Shown: positions 50,381-63,151, counted from the first letter of the stretch. The stretch: 64,000 bases of DNA from Octopus sinensis (GCF_006345805.1 NC_043020.1:12834001-12898000), one strand, 5' to 3'. Notes: generated from the letters alone by a model not told the origin. Program-made: numbers and translations.

Positions 50381-51686
50381 ACTCAACTTTGATGTCCAGA
50401 CTTCTCCCTCTATATCTATGTATTGGGCTAGCCTACTTCATTGTCTGGGGGTGTCCACACAACAGACGCAGTGTAACCTGAATATAGATATTTTCCTTAC
50501 ACCTTTAGTTATATCTTTGGTTCAGGTGTGCCACCAAATTTTGTAATGAATATAAGTGTGCCGGAAGTGAAAAAAAAAAAACCGTTGCAGAGCACTAACC
50601 TAGACATAGAAGCATGATAGGCGCGGGGGGGGGGGGGGGGGGGCTAATAGTGTAAAACAGTAGAAAGTAGATATAAAGTGCAAACAAAATCAGGGAGCTG
50701 CCAAAAGCCTCTACAAAGTGTTAGTGTGACCAACACCACAGCACTAGTTGCTAGTGAATTTGGAATGATATCACTGTTACACACACAAAAAGCCTGGGCT
50801 CTCTCTTTTACTCTTTACTCTTTTACTTGTTTCAGTCATTTGACTGCGGCCATGCTGGAGCACCACCTTTAGCCGAGCAACTCGACCCCGGGACTTATTC
50901 TTTTTGAAGCCCAGTACTTATTCTATCGGTCTCTTTTTGCCGAACCGCTAAGTTATGGGGACGCAAACACACCAGCATCGGTTGTCAAGCAATGCTAGGG
51001 AAACAAACCACAGACACACAAACACACACATATACATATATATATATATATATACGACAGGCTTCTTTCAGTTTCCGTCTACCAAATCTACCCACAAGGC
51101 ATTGGTCGGCCCAGGGCTATAGCAGAAGACACTTGCCCAAGATGCCATGCAGTGGGACTGAACCCGGAACCATGTGGTTGGTTAGCAAGCTACTTACCAC
51201 ACAGCCACTCCTAGGCTGTTATTCTTTAATTTAATTTTTTTGGCTCAAAAAGCAAAAGCAAGGCCATGTAGGGGGATGTGATCTCCACTACAACCACAAA
51301 ATCCTCGATGATTTGCCACCACTTGCATAGCCAGTGGTGGGGCAGAAGGGGCAGTCTGCTGCAGGCGGCACTTTTAAAGGGGCACCACTGTTGGATCTGC
51401 TGTAGGCAATATGTGCTTTTTGTGGGGTCTGGAGGCAGCACACTCTGGCTACGCTAGTGGCTGTCATTGCCCTTAATGTCTTCTACCATTACAAAAATGG
51501 TCACTGCTCCTCTGAAATAATCAGCTCCATAGGCGCAGGAGTGGCTGTGTGGTAAGTAGCTTGCTAACCAACCACATGGTTCCGGGTTCAGTCCCACTGC
51601 GTGGCATCTTGGGCAAGTGTCTTCTGCTATAGCCCTGGGCCAACCAATGCCTTGTGAGTGGATTTAGTAGACGGAAACTGAAAGAA

Positions 51687-51734
<48 letters not shown>

Positions 51735-52467
51735 TTGTGTGTCCCCCTAGCATTGCTTGACAACCGATGCTGGTGTGTTTACGTCCCCGTCACTTAGCGG
51801 TTTGGCAAAGAGACTGATAGAATAAGTACTGGGCTTACAAAGAATAAGTCCCGGGGTCGATTTGCTCGACTAAAAGCGGTGCTCCAGCATGGCCGCAGTC
51901 AAAATGACTGAAACAAGTAAAAGAGTAAAAGACAGAGTAAGAGTATACCATTCCTCTTAAACACATTCTGTACCTCTACTCGTTAGTCTTACCACCCTAG
52001 AATCAACCACAAACATCCACTTCCACCAATCATTTAACCCCAAGACTGCAGTTCTTTGAGAGTTTTTGTTCTGCCCAAATTATTTTATAGAAGTTCAAAA
52101 AGTGTCATCAGTTATATTCCTTTCAGGGATTGGAAGGATATACAAAGCCCTACCTCTTATCTTCACGCTAAATTTGGGGAAAAAATGATGATGTGTATAC
52201 GTATGTGCATTTACTATCCTCTGTGCCTTTACTTAAAAATGTTGAAAGTACATTCAACCATGCATAATATGTTGTACATGTGTGTGTGTGTGTGTGTGTG
52301 GCTCAAAATTGAACCAAACACAAAAGGCAGAAACCGGTGAGGAAACAACAAACAAGATGTATTAGTTGAATACTTGGGAAAAATGGAAGAATGATTCAAG
52401 CCTACACTTTGTCTACAGAAAGAGAAGAGGAGAGAGCGAGAGAGAGAGAGAGAGCGAGAGAGAGCGA

Positions 52468-52531
<64 letters not shown>

Positions 52532-52703
52532 GAGAAAACAAAAAAAGAAACAAAAATGCTGGAAATAAATATATATATATATAGGCACAGAAGTGGCTAT
52601 GTGGTAAGTATCTTACTTACCAGCCAGTGTCTTCTACTAAAGCCTTGGGCTGACCAAAGCCTTGTGAGTAGATTTGGTCGATGGATACTGAAAGAAGCCT
52701 GTC

Positions 52704-52744
<41 letters not shown>

Positions 52745-52750
52745 TATATG

Positions 52751-52783
<33 letters not shown>

Positions 52784-53722
52784 ATCCCTCCACTATCGCT
52801 TGACAACCGATGTTGGTGTGTTCACGTCCCCGTAACTTCGCAGTTCAGCAAATGAGACTGATAAAATAAGTACTAGGCTTACAAAGAATAAGTCCTGGGG
52901 TCGATTTGTTTGACTAAAGGTGGTGCTCCAGCATGGCCACAGTCAAATGACTGAAACAAGTAAAAGAATGTACATAAAAATCAAAAAATGCCAATATGAG
53001 GGTTTCTCTCATGGTATCTAACCCTAACCCCGCCCCCAATCCAGGTTTAAGCAGGGATAAGTAGTACCTCTTGGTTTTAATACTGCCACTGTTACTACTG
53101 TATGCGTATATATGGAGGCGCAATGGCCCAGTGGTTAGGGCAGCGGACTCGCGGTTGTAGGATCGCGGTTTCGATTCCCAGACCGGGCGTTGTGAGTGTT
53201 TATTGAGTGAAAACACCTAAAAGCTCCACGAGGCTCTGGCAGGGGATGGTGGCGATCCCTGCTGTACTCTTTCACCACAACTTTCTCTCACTCTTACTTC
53301 CTGTCTCTGTTGTACCCGTATTTCAAGGGGCCGGCCTTGTCACTCTCTGTTTCACGCTGAATATCCCCGAGAACTACGTTAAGGGGGCACGTGTCTGTGG
53401 AGTGCTCAGCCACTTACACGTTAATTTCACGAGCAGGCTGTTCCGTTGATTCGGATCAACCGGAACCCTCATCGTCGTAACCGACGGAGTGCTTCCATCC
53501 ACTACATTTATTGAGGCCAAACCATTTCCAGGAATCTCTCAAACAAATACACAGAAGACTAACTTTGTGGAATTCGACATAAAGTCAGTTTTGGAGTGAA
53601 AAACTATAGAGTTGATGGAGTCTTTTGCTTACAGAAAAATGAATTTAAAAAAAAAGTGAAAATGCTAAGTGCACTTCAGCCAGAGCTTGAACTCGTAACA
53701 TACAGATGTGAAACTAAATATT

Positions 53723-53936
53723 CTTTTCCACTCTAGGCACAAGGCACGAAATTTTTGGGGAGGGGCCCAGTCGATTAGATCGACCCCAGTACAAAACTGG
53801 TACTTAATTTATTGACCTGAAATGATGAAAAGCAAAGTCAACCTCAGTGGAATTTGAACTCAGAACATAAAGACAGACAAAATACCGCTAAGCATTTCAC
53901 CCGGTGTGCTAACATTTTGGCCAGCTTGCCACCTTA
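53723..53936 (-). mobile_element. SINE-A, 14-bp TSD
   Basis: TSD TGAAACTAAATATT at 53709-53722 and 53937-53950. Confidence 0.85.
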
Positions 53937-54629
53937 TGAAACTAAATATTATAAGGGACTTCATCCCGCTTTCTACTGTTCTGCTTTTTTCTTGTTAGTT
54001 TTGTTTTTTTTTTAAATCATGAGTGAAGGCAGTGCCTGTAACCTTTTATAGGCCCTTTAAGTCTGGTAGGAGGGAGGGAGTTTTGTATCCTCAAACCAGA
54101 GATCCGACTCAAGTGCTAGTAAAGGATCAGAACTCTACTAAAGGGACACAAGCTGCTAGGTAGTGATGGAGTAAGTCTATCACCCAAAGAGGCCATGACA
54201 GCATTTGAACTCAGAACATTAAGGGCTGGAACAAATACGGGAAGGCATTTGGTCCAACATTCTTGCAGTTCTGCCAATCAGTTCTCCAAGATTGGTACTT
54301 TTACATCAACTCTGAAAGAATCCAAAGTAAAGTTGACTTGGACAGCGTTGAACTCAGGGTGCAGAAAGTCAAAACAATTTCCACAAAGCAGTGCCGGGTG
54401 AAATGCCTAGCGGTATTTCATCTGTCGTTATGTTCTGAGTTCAAATTCCGCCGAGGTCGACTTTGCCTTTCATCCTTTCGGGGTTGATAAATAAAGCACC
54501 AGTTTTGCACTGGGGTCGATGTAATTGACTTAATACCTATGTCTGTCCTTGTTTGTCCCCTCTGTGTTTAGCCCCTTGTGGGTAGTAAAGAAATATATTT
54601 GTCATTTCAATGTTTCTGATTGTTCTTAC

Positions 54630-54700
54630 ATCTTCCACAAAATAATAGGCTTGGTCTGGACCAGGAAACCAAGCTTGTTGCAATTGGAAACTCTTGAAGA
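54630..54700 (-). CDS. Candidate 71-nt internal exon
   Basis: Acceptor ttgttcttgttcccag| and donor GAT|gtaaga flank a non-repetitive 71-nt segment open in all three frames (e.g. FKSFQLQQAWFPGPDQAYYFVED). It is not phase-symmetric, so another unseen exon would be needed. Confidence 0.3.
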
Positions 54701-55370
54701 CTGGGAACAAGAACAATTATGATCTCCGTCCGTTGCCAGCCTCGCCTGGCCCTTGTGCCGGTGGCACATAAAAAGCACCATCCGTTCGTGGCCGTTTGCC
54801 AGCTCTGTCTGGCACCTGTGCGGGTGGCACGTAAAAAGCACCCACTACACTCACGGAGTGGTTGGCGTTAGGAAGGGCATCCAGCCATAGAAACACTGCC
54901 AGATTTGACTGGGCCTGATGAAGCCTTCTGGCTTCACAGACCCCAGTAGAACCGTCCAACCCATGCTAGCATGGAAAACGGACGCTAAACGATGATGATG
55001 ATGATGATGATGTGACAACATTATGTAACACTATACCACACCATGTTACACATTGTGATACTGTATAATATCTCGTTACATTGTATGACATTATTATGGA
55101 ACATGTTGTTGATGTAGGCATTGTTGTGTGGTAAAGAAGTTTGCTTCTCAGGCATGTGGTTTTAGGTTCAGTTCCACTGCATGGTAATCATAGGCAAATG
55201 TTTTCTATTATGGTCCCCTGGCTGACCAAAGTTTGTCAGTAGATTTGGACAACAGAAACTGAAAGAAGCCCATCAGGTATGCATGTATCATGTATATTTG
55301 TGCATATATGTGTATATAGCCACTTCACACATTTTTTTCTCTCCTTGTTTCTCTCCTTGTTTTCTGTGTC

Positions 55371-55406
55371 CCTTTTGTAGAAGAGCATAGGCTCGAAACG
55401 TAAAAG
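55371..55406 (+). ncRNA. Hammerhead-like motif, A6U family, C3 lost; element 55316-55500
   Basis: CCTT TTGTAGA A GAGC ATAG GCTC GAAA CG TA AAAG. Confidence 0.45.
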
Positions 55407-55842
55407 ACTTTTTCTATTCCTGAGCGTTATACTAATACATCTGTTTGTTTTGTACACCACCTGTCTTCATCTTTTGTTGTTTTTTTCATAAACTCTCCCT
55501 ACATATATGTATAAATGTGTGCAGGGCTAGTTTTAAGCTAATGAGACATATTTGTTCAAATTGGGCCCAATGCCAAGAGAGGGCCCAGCACACATGTTTG
55601 AGCAGAGGGCACTATGATGAATGTTCAGCATATCATTGGGACTAATGATGGAACCTCAAGCGCTCAATGCTTTTTGGCTGGGACAGGCATGCTACAATGA
55701 TGCATAAGCTTTTGTAGAGAAGAAGGCCTCACTAACAATTCTCTAATTTGGCTCCACCACATGACTAATTAGAGGCCTAATTAATCAAGTGGTGGCATAA
55801 GTCTAGTGAAATATTGGTGAATCAAAAAGAACCCAATAGATA

Positions 55843-56078
55843 TATATTTCTTTACTACCCACAAGGGGCTAAACACAAAAGGGACAAACAAGGACAGACA
55901 TAGGTATTAAGTCGATTACATCGACCCCCAGTGGGTAACTGGTACTTAATTTATCGACCCTGAAAGGACGAAAGGCAAAGTCTACCTCGGCGGAATTTGA
56001 ACTCAGAATGTAACGGCAGATGAAATACGGCTACGCATTTTGCCCGGCGTGCTAACGTTTCTGCCAGCTCGCTGCCTT
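55843..56078 (-). mobile_element. SINE-A, 15-bp TSD
   Basis: TSD AGAACCCAATAGATA at 55828-55842 and 56079-56093. Confidence 0.85.
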
Positions 56079-56570
56079 AGAACCCAATAGATAAAGCATG
56101 TCCCCTCAGTACTCTGAGTAAAAGAGGTAATGGCCGTAGTTCTTATTGGTATTCTTACACTGATGATGATGATAATGATGCTTGGGTTTCTGTAAGCCTG
56201 TGTTTGAGAATGCTGTTGTTGTTGTTGTTCTTATTTAGTCACAGGATAGACAGGACAGAGAAAACTTGAAGTAAAAGATAACCTAACCATGACTGTTCCT
56301 CCTTTTTATAGATCAAGGACTATGCTTGTTAAATACATCATTCCTTATTTAAGATAGTACTGTGTCATTTAAGGATAATTTGGCTGATATTTCCAGCATA
56401 TCAAACAACTGCATACTGGATGGAAAGAGGGAGGATAGAAAAAAAAGAGAGTGAGAGAAGGAGGGAAAGAGGGAAGAGAGAGGGAGAGAAAGAAATTTAC
56501 TTTGTGGTATTTCTAAGGGGGAAGAAAAATTGGTTGGAAAAATAAATTGAAAAACCCCCCAAAAAAAAAC

Positions 56571-57452
56571 CAAAACAAAACAAAGAGGTGTGGCTGTGTG
56601 GTAAGAAGCTTGCTTACAAACCACATGGTTGAAGGTTCAGTCCCACTGCTTGGCACTCTGGGCAGGTGTTTTCAACTATAGCCTTGGGCCGACCAAAGCC
56701 TTGTGAGTGCATATGGTAGACAGAAACTGAAAGAGGCCCATTGTATATATATATGTGTGTGTGTGTGTGTTTGTGTGTCTGTGTTTGTCCCCCCAACATC
56801 ACTTGACAACCGATGGTGGTTTCTTTACTTAGCGTAACTTAGCGGTTCTGCAAAAGAGACTGATAAAATAAGTACTAGGCTTACAAAGAATAAGTCCTGG
56901 GGTCGATTTGCTCAACTAAAGGCAGTGCTCCTGCATGGCCACAGTCAAATGACTGAAACAAGTAAAAGAATGAAGGAATAAAATAAAAGAATAAAGCAAA
57001 AAAAAAAAAAACCAAAACAAAACAAAGAGGTGTGGCTGTGTGGTAAGAAGCTTGCTTACAAACCACATGGTTGAAGGTTCAGTCCCACTGCTTGGCACTC
57101 TGGGCAGGTGTTTTCAACTATAGCCTTGGGCCGACCAAAGCCTTGTGAGTGCATATGGTAGACAGAAACTGAAAGAGGCCCATTGTATATATATATGTGT
57201 GTGTGTGTGTGTTTGTGTGTCTGTGTTTGTCCCCCCAACATCACTTGACAACCGATGGTGGTTTCTTTACTGTAGCGTAACTTAGCGGTTCTGCAAAAGA
57301 GACTGATCAAATAAGTACTAGGCTTACAAAGAATAAGTCCTGGGGTCGATTTGCTCAACTAAAGGCAGTGCTCCTGCATGGCACAGTCAAATGACTGAAA
57401 CAAGTAAAAGAATGAGGAATAAAATAAAATAAAAGAATAAAGCAAAAAAAAA
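56571..57452. repeat. Tandem duplication of about 440 bp (SINE-B plus flank)
   Basis: Two near-identical units starting CCAAAACAAAACAAAGAGGTGTGGC; differences are mostly indels. Confidence 0.85.
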
Positions 57453-58085
57453 AACCGGTCAGTCGAGAAGATGGTAAAAAACGACTAGGGGACAATGATG
57501 TCTGACTGAATTGCTGGATTGTGCCCCTGGGATAGATTTCTTTATGTCTGAATTTTCTTCTATATGGGAATATGGTGCAGAAGGGCACTCATATAGACGA
57601 AAGGATGGCTCGAGATCAGTATTATAAACTAACAAAACACAGTACAGGCATTGACCCCTATCTACAGATAAGTGGACTGAGCCAGTATAGATTCAATAAA
57701 TGGATCATAAACATACCACTACAATATCAATGAAGGACAGGGGTAAACATCATAAATCTTTTAGATTTTAGTGTGGTAACTTATCTGTAATCAATTGGTG
57801 ATCCATGGTTGATGGGTTTATGAACTGCGCAGAATTGTACCTAAAGTAAAATAATAACAAGGATCCCCCCTCAAAGAGAACAGTTTTAGTGGGGACAGAG
57901 AAGTCGAGTAAGCGTCTGTTATGAAGGGATTTTTGTTATTAATAGTATTAATAGTAATTAATTAATTAGCTCATCTAACCTGAATACAATTAATTAGTTT
58001 ATTTGGTCTAAATATGAAATTATGTAAACAACACAGCATGAGTAAGCTATATATATACATATACATACACACACATACACACACA

Positions 58086-58262
58086 CTTTATTTGTGGATT
58101 AAGGCTACTATTGGTTTCATGCTAAGGAAGCCCTTAACAATTATCAAGCCTATCACATGGAACATTGGTGTTCATCTCCATTTTGAATTAAAATAGAGGC
58201 TTGGTGATTGCTAAGGACTTCCTTAACATGAAACCAATGGTAGCCTTAATTCACAAATAAAG
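58086..58262. repeat. Fold-back of two inverted 66-bp hammerhead-like arms (45-nt spacer)
   Basis: Arms 58086-58151 and 58197-58262. Each reads AGGC TTG(A/G)T(G/A)A T TG(C/T)TAAGG nnnn CCTTA(A/G)CA T GAAA CCA A T(G/A)G TA GCCT. Confidence 0.85.
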
Positions 58263-58322
58263 GGCCTTTATCTACCAATATGGTGTTGAGCACTCATTCC
58301 CATTGTTTGATATCTACATATA

Positions 58323-58356
<34 letters not shown>

Positions 58357-58559
58357 TACATACATATAAGAGGGATGAACATGACCACTAGGTGGACATC
58401 CAGTATGCTAAATGTAGACCCCATATGGTTTGACTACTAAGAAAAAATTGTTCTTAAGAAAATTCAGCAAACGGCAGAACCTAAGCGAGCAAGACAAATG
58501 AAAAGATACGAAATATAATGATTTGTCACATGACAGGTTTCATTGTTACCATTTACATA

Positions 58560-59072
58560 TTTACATACGTACGTAAAATACACCAATCCGACCGTACGAC
58601 AGGCACCCATGCCAACCCCCTTTGCTTGCGAAGACATGTTGGGGCAAGCGAAATCGAAATCGAATTGAACCATCCAGGATCCCTGGTCTGGTGGTACGTA
58701 AAAAGCACTATCCGACTCGTGGCCAATGCCAGCACCGCCTCGACTGGCTTCTGTGCCGGTGGCACATAAAATACACCAATCCGACCGTGGCCGTTGCCAG
58801 CCTTGCCTGGCACCAGTGCAGGTGGCACGTAAAATGCACCAATCCGACCGTGGCCGATGCTAGCCTACCCTGGCACCAGTGCAGGTGGCACGTAAAAAGC
58901 GCCCACTACACTCACGGAGTGGTTGGCATTAGGAAGGGCATCCAGCTGTAGAAACATTGCCAGATAAGACTGGAGCCTGGTGCAGCCTTCTGGCTTTCCA
59001 GATCCTCGGTCGAACCGTCCAACCCATGCTAGCATGGAGAACGGACGTTAAACGATGATGAGGATGATGATG
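58560..59072 (+). mobile_element. SINE family D: tandemly repeated Deu/Nin-like GTGGCACGTAAAA modules plus RTE-like tail ending (GAT)n
   Basis: Repeated modules of about 60 bp, GGTGGCACGTAAAA-GCACC..GCCAGCCT.GCCTGGC; tail GGAAGGGCATCCAGC.GTAGAAAC...GGACGTTAAACGATGATGA. Other copies at about 7968-8336, 11483-11680, 32225-32435, 54722-55010 (+) and 15465-15640, 36140-36345, 44345-44500 (-). Confidence 0.78.
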
Positions 59073-59582
59073 AAATGTCTGCAATTCATCAGTGCAACTG
59101 TCGTAGAAAATATAATTTGCTGAACTATACACGACATGTCCACACGAGAGAAAACATGCATACAGTTCAGTCAATTATATTTGGAGGTATATTTCAAATG
59201 TTTTTGTTTTGACGCACCAAAGCTGGAAATGACTCCGCAGAAAATTATTTTCTGCATCGAAGCCTGCTGGTTAGAGAACATGGTAATTTAAATTTAAATT
59301 AAAAATTTGTCTTGTTCACTTACGCTCTGGCATTTGCTGAATTTTCTTGAGAACAATTTTTTCTTAATGGTCAGACCATATGGGGTCTACATTTAGCATA
59401 CTGGATGTCCACCTAGTGGTCATCCTTCTTATATGTATGTCATATAATTTTTCTGAATCTTTAGATATTTCTATATGCTAAGCCACTGGTTTAAATTGAC
59501 GTTAATTAAATTAATATTGATTTTTTTACCCTTATTATTTAAATTTAAATTTATATATATATATATATAATATTTTTATTTT

Positions 59583-59677
59583 ATAGAAGGAGCTTCTACA
59601 GGACTAGAACTGTTTCATTCAAATGAAATCATCAGGAAATGAATGAAACAGTTCTAGTCTGTAGAAGCTCCTTCTAT
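59583..59677. repeat. Fold-back, 37-38 bp arms, 20-nt loop
   Basis: 59583-59620 is the reverse complement of 59641-59677 apart from one deleted C. Confidence 0.92.
59593..59639 (-). ncRNA. Type I hammerhead motif inside a fold-back
   Basis: Minus strand TTTC CTGATGA T TTC ATTT GAA T GAAA CAG TTCTAGTC CTG TA GAAG. Intact core, 4-bp helix III, GUA site, helix I TTTC/GAAG; U-U at the base of helix II. Confidence 0.55.
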
Positions 59678-59759
59678 TAAATAAATTAATTTACTCTGCT
59701 ATGTATTGAGTACCTTATTTACTGTGGTTAACCCCGACTCAACCCGGGACCTACCTAAT

Positions 59760-60389
59760 ATATATATATATATATTATAATATATATATATATATATATT
59801 ATATATATAAATTTAAATTTATATATCTGTAAATTAATATGTTACATTATTCAGTAGCCAAGATAAAACTCTCTGAGTTTCGGATGCCGAAGTGGAAATC
59901 CACAACACCATCTCTTCGGTAATCTGGCCATCTCCTCTATTTACATAATATTGAGGTCTCTTTCTTTCTTTTGTTATCTTACCGTTTTTACCAATATGTA
60001 TATATATATATATATAGATAGATAGATAAATTGACAGATTTATTACTTATATCTCTTGAAATGGATATAGATGTTTAATTCTTTGTAAGGTACTATATAA
60101 TGATACATTTATAGCTTATAAATTTATTGATCAGTTACATTGGTAGTTTGTTTTCTCTCGTTAAGGGAAACAAACCAACAAGAAATAAGTTATTAGCCTT
60201 TGAGTTTCTACCTTTGTAGCCATGTTAGATGTTAATTAGGAAATACGATGAGTAGGTTAATTAACCACAGTTAACACAGATGTTAATCAACTGATGGTTG
60301 TTAATTAGTGAGTCACCTCTGACACTGTTATTTCATCAGATGCACATATACATATATATATATACACACGCATATACATATACATATAT

Positions 60390-60471
<82 letters not shown>

Positions 60472-61064
60472 TTAAATTTATATATCTGTAAATTAATATG
60501 TTACCATTATTCAGTAGCAAATAAACTCTGAGTTTCGGATGCCGAAGTGGAAATCCACAACACCATCTCTTCGGTAATCTGGCCATCTCCTCTATTACAT
60601 AATATTGAGGTCTCTTTCTTTCTTTTGTTATCTTAATACCCGTTTTTACCAATATGTATATATATATATATAGATAGATAGATAATTGACAGATTTATTA
60701 CTTATATCTCTTGAAATGGATATATATGTTTAATTCTTTGTAGGTACTATATAATGATACATTTAATAGCTTATAAATTTATTGATCAGTTACATTGGTA
60801 GTTTGTTTTCTCTCTCGTTAAGGGAAACAAACCAACAAGAAATAAGTTATTAGCCTTTGAGTTTTCTACCTTTGCCATGTTAGATGTTAATTAGGAAATA
60901 CGATGAGTAGGTTAATTAACCACTTAACACAGATGTTAATCAACTGATGGTTGTTATTAGTGAGTCACCTCTGACACTGTTTCTTTTCATCAGATGCACA
61001 TATACATATATATTATACACACGCATATACATATACATATATATACATACATACATCAACATAC

Positions 61065-61075
<11 letters not shown>
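59760..61075. repeat. Tandem duplication of about 660 bp (possibly an assembly artefact)
   Basis: About 59806-60345 is repeated at about 60465-60996, differing almost only by 1-3 nt indels; breakpoints lie in (TA)n. Confidence 0.85.
59861..59925 (-). ncRNA. Degenerate hammerhead motif (U4C); duplicated at about 60520-60580
   Basis: AGATTA CCGAAGA GATG...CATC C GAAA CTC AGA GAG T T TTATCT; helices I-III pair, core has U4>C. Confidence 0.4.
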
Positions 61076-61114
<39 letters not shown>

Positions 61115-61454
61115 TATATATATATATATGCATATATATGTATATATATGTATATATGTATAATTATATATATATATATATATATATATCTATATATATA
61201 TTATATATATAATATGATATATATAATATAGCATATATGTATGTATATATATATGCATATATATGTATATGTATGTATTTATATATGTATGTATAGATAT
61301 AGATGTATGTTGTATGTATGTTTGTATGTATGTATATATTATATGTATGTATATTATATATATATATATATACATATATATATGAATTAGATCAGTTTTC
61401 ACACTTCAAACCCACTCTTTTTAGGCTAGGAAGTTTGTTTGTACAATGTCTTAC

Positions 61455-61538
61455 CTGGCCCAGAAAGATTTGTAGCCACTGTATAACTGGTGCCGTTAAA
61501 TTCGCAGGTGACTCTAGGCTGCCTCCCAATCAGTGTTG
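61455..61538 (-). CDS. Candidate upstream exon (TLIGRQPRVTCEFNGTSYTVATNLSGP)
   Basis: Strong donor CCAG|gtaaga at 61455, phase 1, which matches the phase-1 start of the 34398 exon. Open frame upstream to a TGA; the acceptor (ccctctgaag|) is weak, so the 5' boundary is uncertain. Confidence 0.3.
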
Positions 61539-61989
61539 CTTCAGAGGGATTTTTGACTCACAGTCTTCACCATATCAGTGTTTAGTTAATAGTAATAAAA
61601 CAACAACAACATCATCAGTTATTAGTAAAAAAAAAAAATCTAGTGAAGTCAAGATTAACCTTTATAAAAGCTCTCCCTAAAATTGCTTAATTTAACCCCT
61701 ATGATGCTGACTCAAACAGGGGCCACCACCTCTGTTTCTTTTATACAAATATACCTGTTTTAATGCCTTCGTATTTCAATAAACAACCTTCCAGTTTTAC
61801 ATTAAGAAATCAAAACTTGTGGGTTAATTAAACACCAGCTTGATACAACAATTAATGAAAATGTAATGGCTGTAATTAGAGCCATCAAATTCTTGATTAT
61901 TGTTAAATTTCAACATAAATTACTTTCATTTGAAACATGATTAGAAATGCTTAAAACACTTAAACATTCAATCCATACTTTTGCAGAAG

Positions 61990-62026
<37 letters not shown>

Positions 62027-62989
62027 TTTTAAAACTAAAGGTAGAGTTGTAGATTATGATAAAGAATGACTTGTTACAAGTAAACAAATATCCAACAGTA
62101 TTGATCAATGAAGCAGAATTTAAGATTTTCTCATCATTGTTTATCTTTTATAGTTAAACATTTAAGACGAATTTTCTATTAAATATTTTAACAATATTTT
62201 TGACAGATTTGAGACAAAGAAATTTGAGGTAAATATTGGTTTCGAATTTTAGTACAAGGCCAGCAACTTTGGGGGAGGAAATAAGTTGATGTCATCGACC
62301 CCCAGTGTTCAAGTTCTATTTATTTTATCAACCCTGAAAGGATGAAAATCAAAGTCGACTTCAGCAGGATTCGAACTCAGAACATAAAGACAGATAAGTT
62401 AAGGTTAATATTGTGAATAATTGCTTATTGATTTCCTTTCAAAATCAATTAGAGAAAACATTTGATAAAAAAAAAAAAAAAAGAAAGCTCCAAAAAGAAA
62501 TTCTATCAGGATGTAAAGGTGTCGAATTATATATCTTGCTTCAAAATTAAAGATTATTCACATTAATTAACGGTTGAGGATGGAACATTTGATAATAAAT
62601 AATGAGTTGGTTTGGTTTCAGACCCATTAATATTTAAACTGAGTTTCTGATCTAGACTAATTACATCTTAATTAATGACATTAGAATTGTGGCAGGTGTG
62701 GTAAAGTGAATGCTGCATGTGTGTGTGTATATAATGCAATCAGTGTGCATGTGTAGAAGGTGTATTTTCTCTGTATATGGTCTGAAATATGAATGCAAAA
62801 TATAACTATTTTTTAAACTATTGAAATTCTACTTCTCCATGCAAACCATGCATACACTGGACGAGAAAATGAGAGAGATACACACATTCACAAGCAAACA
62901 CATGTTCAAATTTTATGGTTTGAAGAAGAATGAATGAATGTGTGTGTGTGTGTGTGCATGCGTGCATATATATATGTATATCTATCTAT

Positions 62990-63030
<41 letters not shown>

Positions 63031-63115
63031 ATATATATATATCACCATGATAGATCGTTAGCCACTACACACATTTTTTCTCTCCTTGTTTCTCTCCTTG
63101 TTTCTTTCTGTGTAC

Positions 63116-63151
63116 CTTTCTGTAGAAGAGCATAGGCTCGAAACGTAAACG
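63116..63151 (+). ncRNA. Hammerhead-like motif with CUGUAGA (A6U) core, in a ~190-bp element (63049-63241)
   Basis: CTTT CTGTAGA A GAGC ATAG GCTC GAAA CG TA AACG; same helix II/III architecture as the 40170-40204 motif. Confidence 0.55.

Noticed and set aside
57775-57840. Minus-strand acceptor ttattttactttag|GTAC
   Set aside because: No credible donor before in-frame stops.
58740-58890. HDV-like ribozyme in SINE-D modules (CCAGCCTCGCCTGG resembles P3/L3)
   Set aside because: Could not find a matching P1, P1.1 GG or P2 partner; the GTGGCACGTAAAA motif is better explained as a Deu/Nin-like SINE domain.
60975-60996. Minus-strand CTGATGA AAA GAAA CAGTG TC
   Set aside because: No helix II or helix I pairing, and the duplicate copy at about 60325 reads differently.
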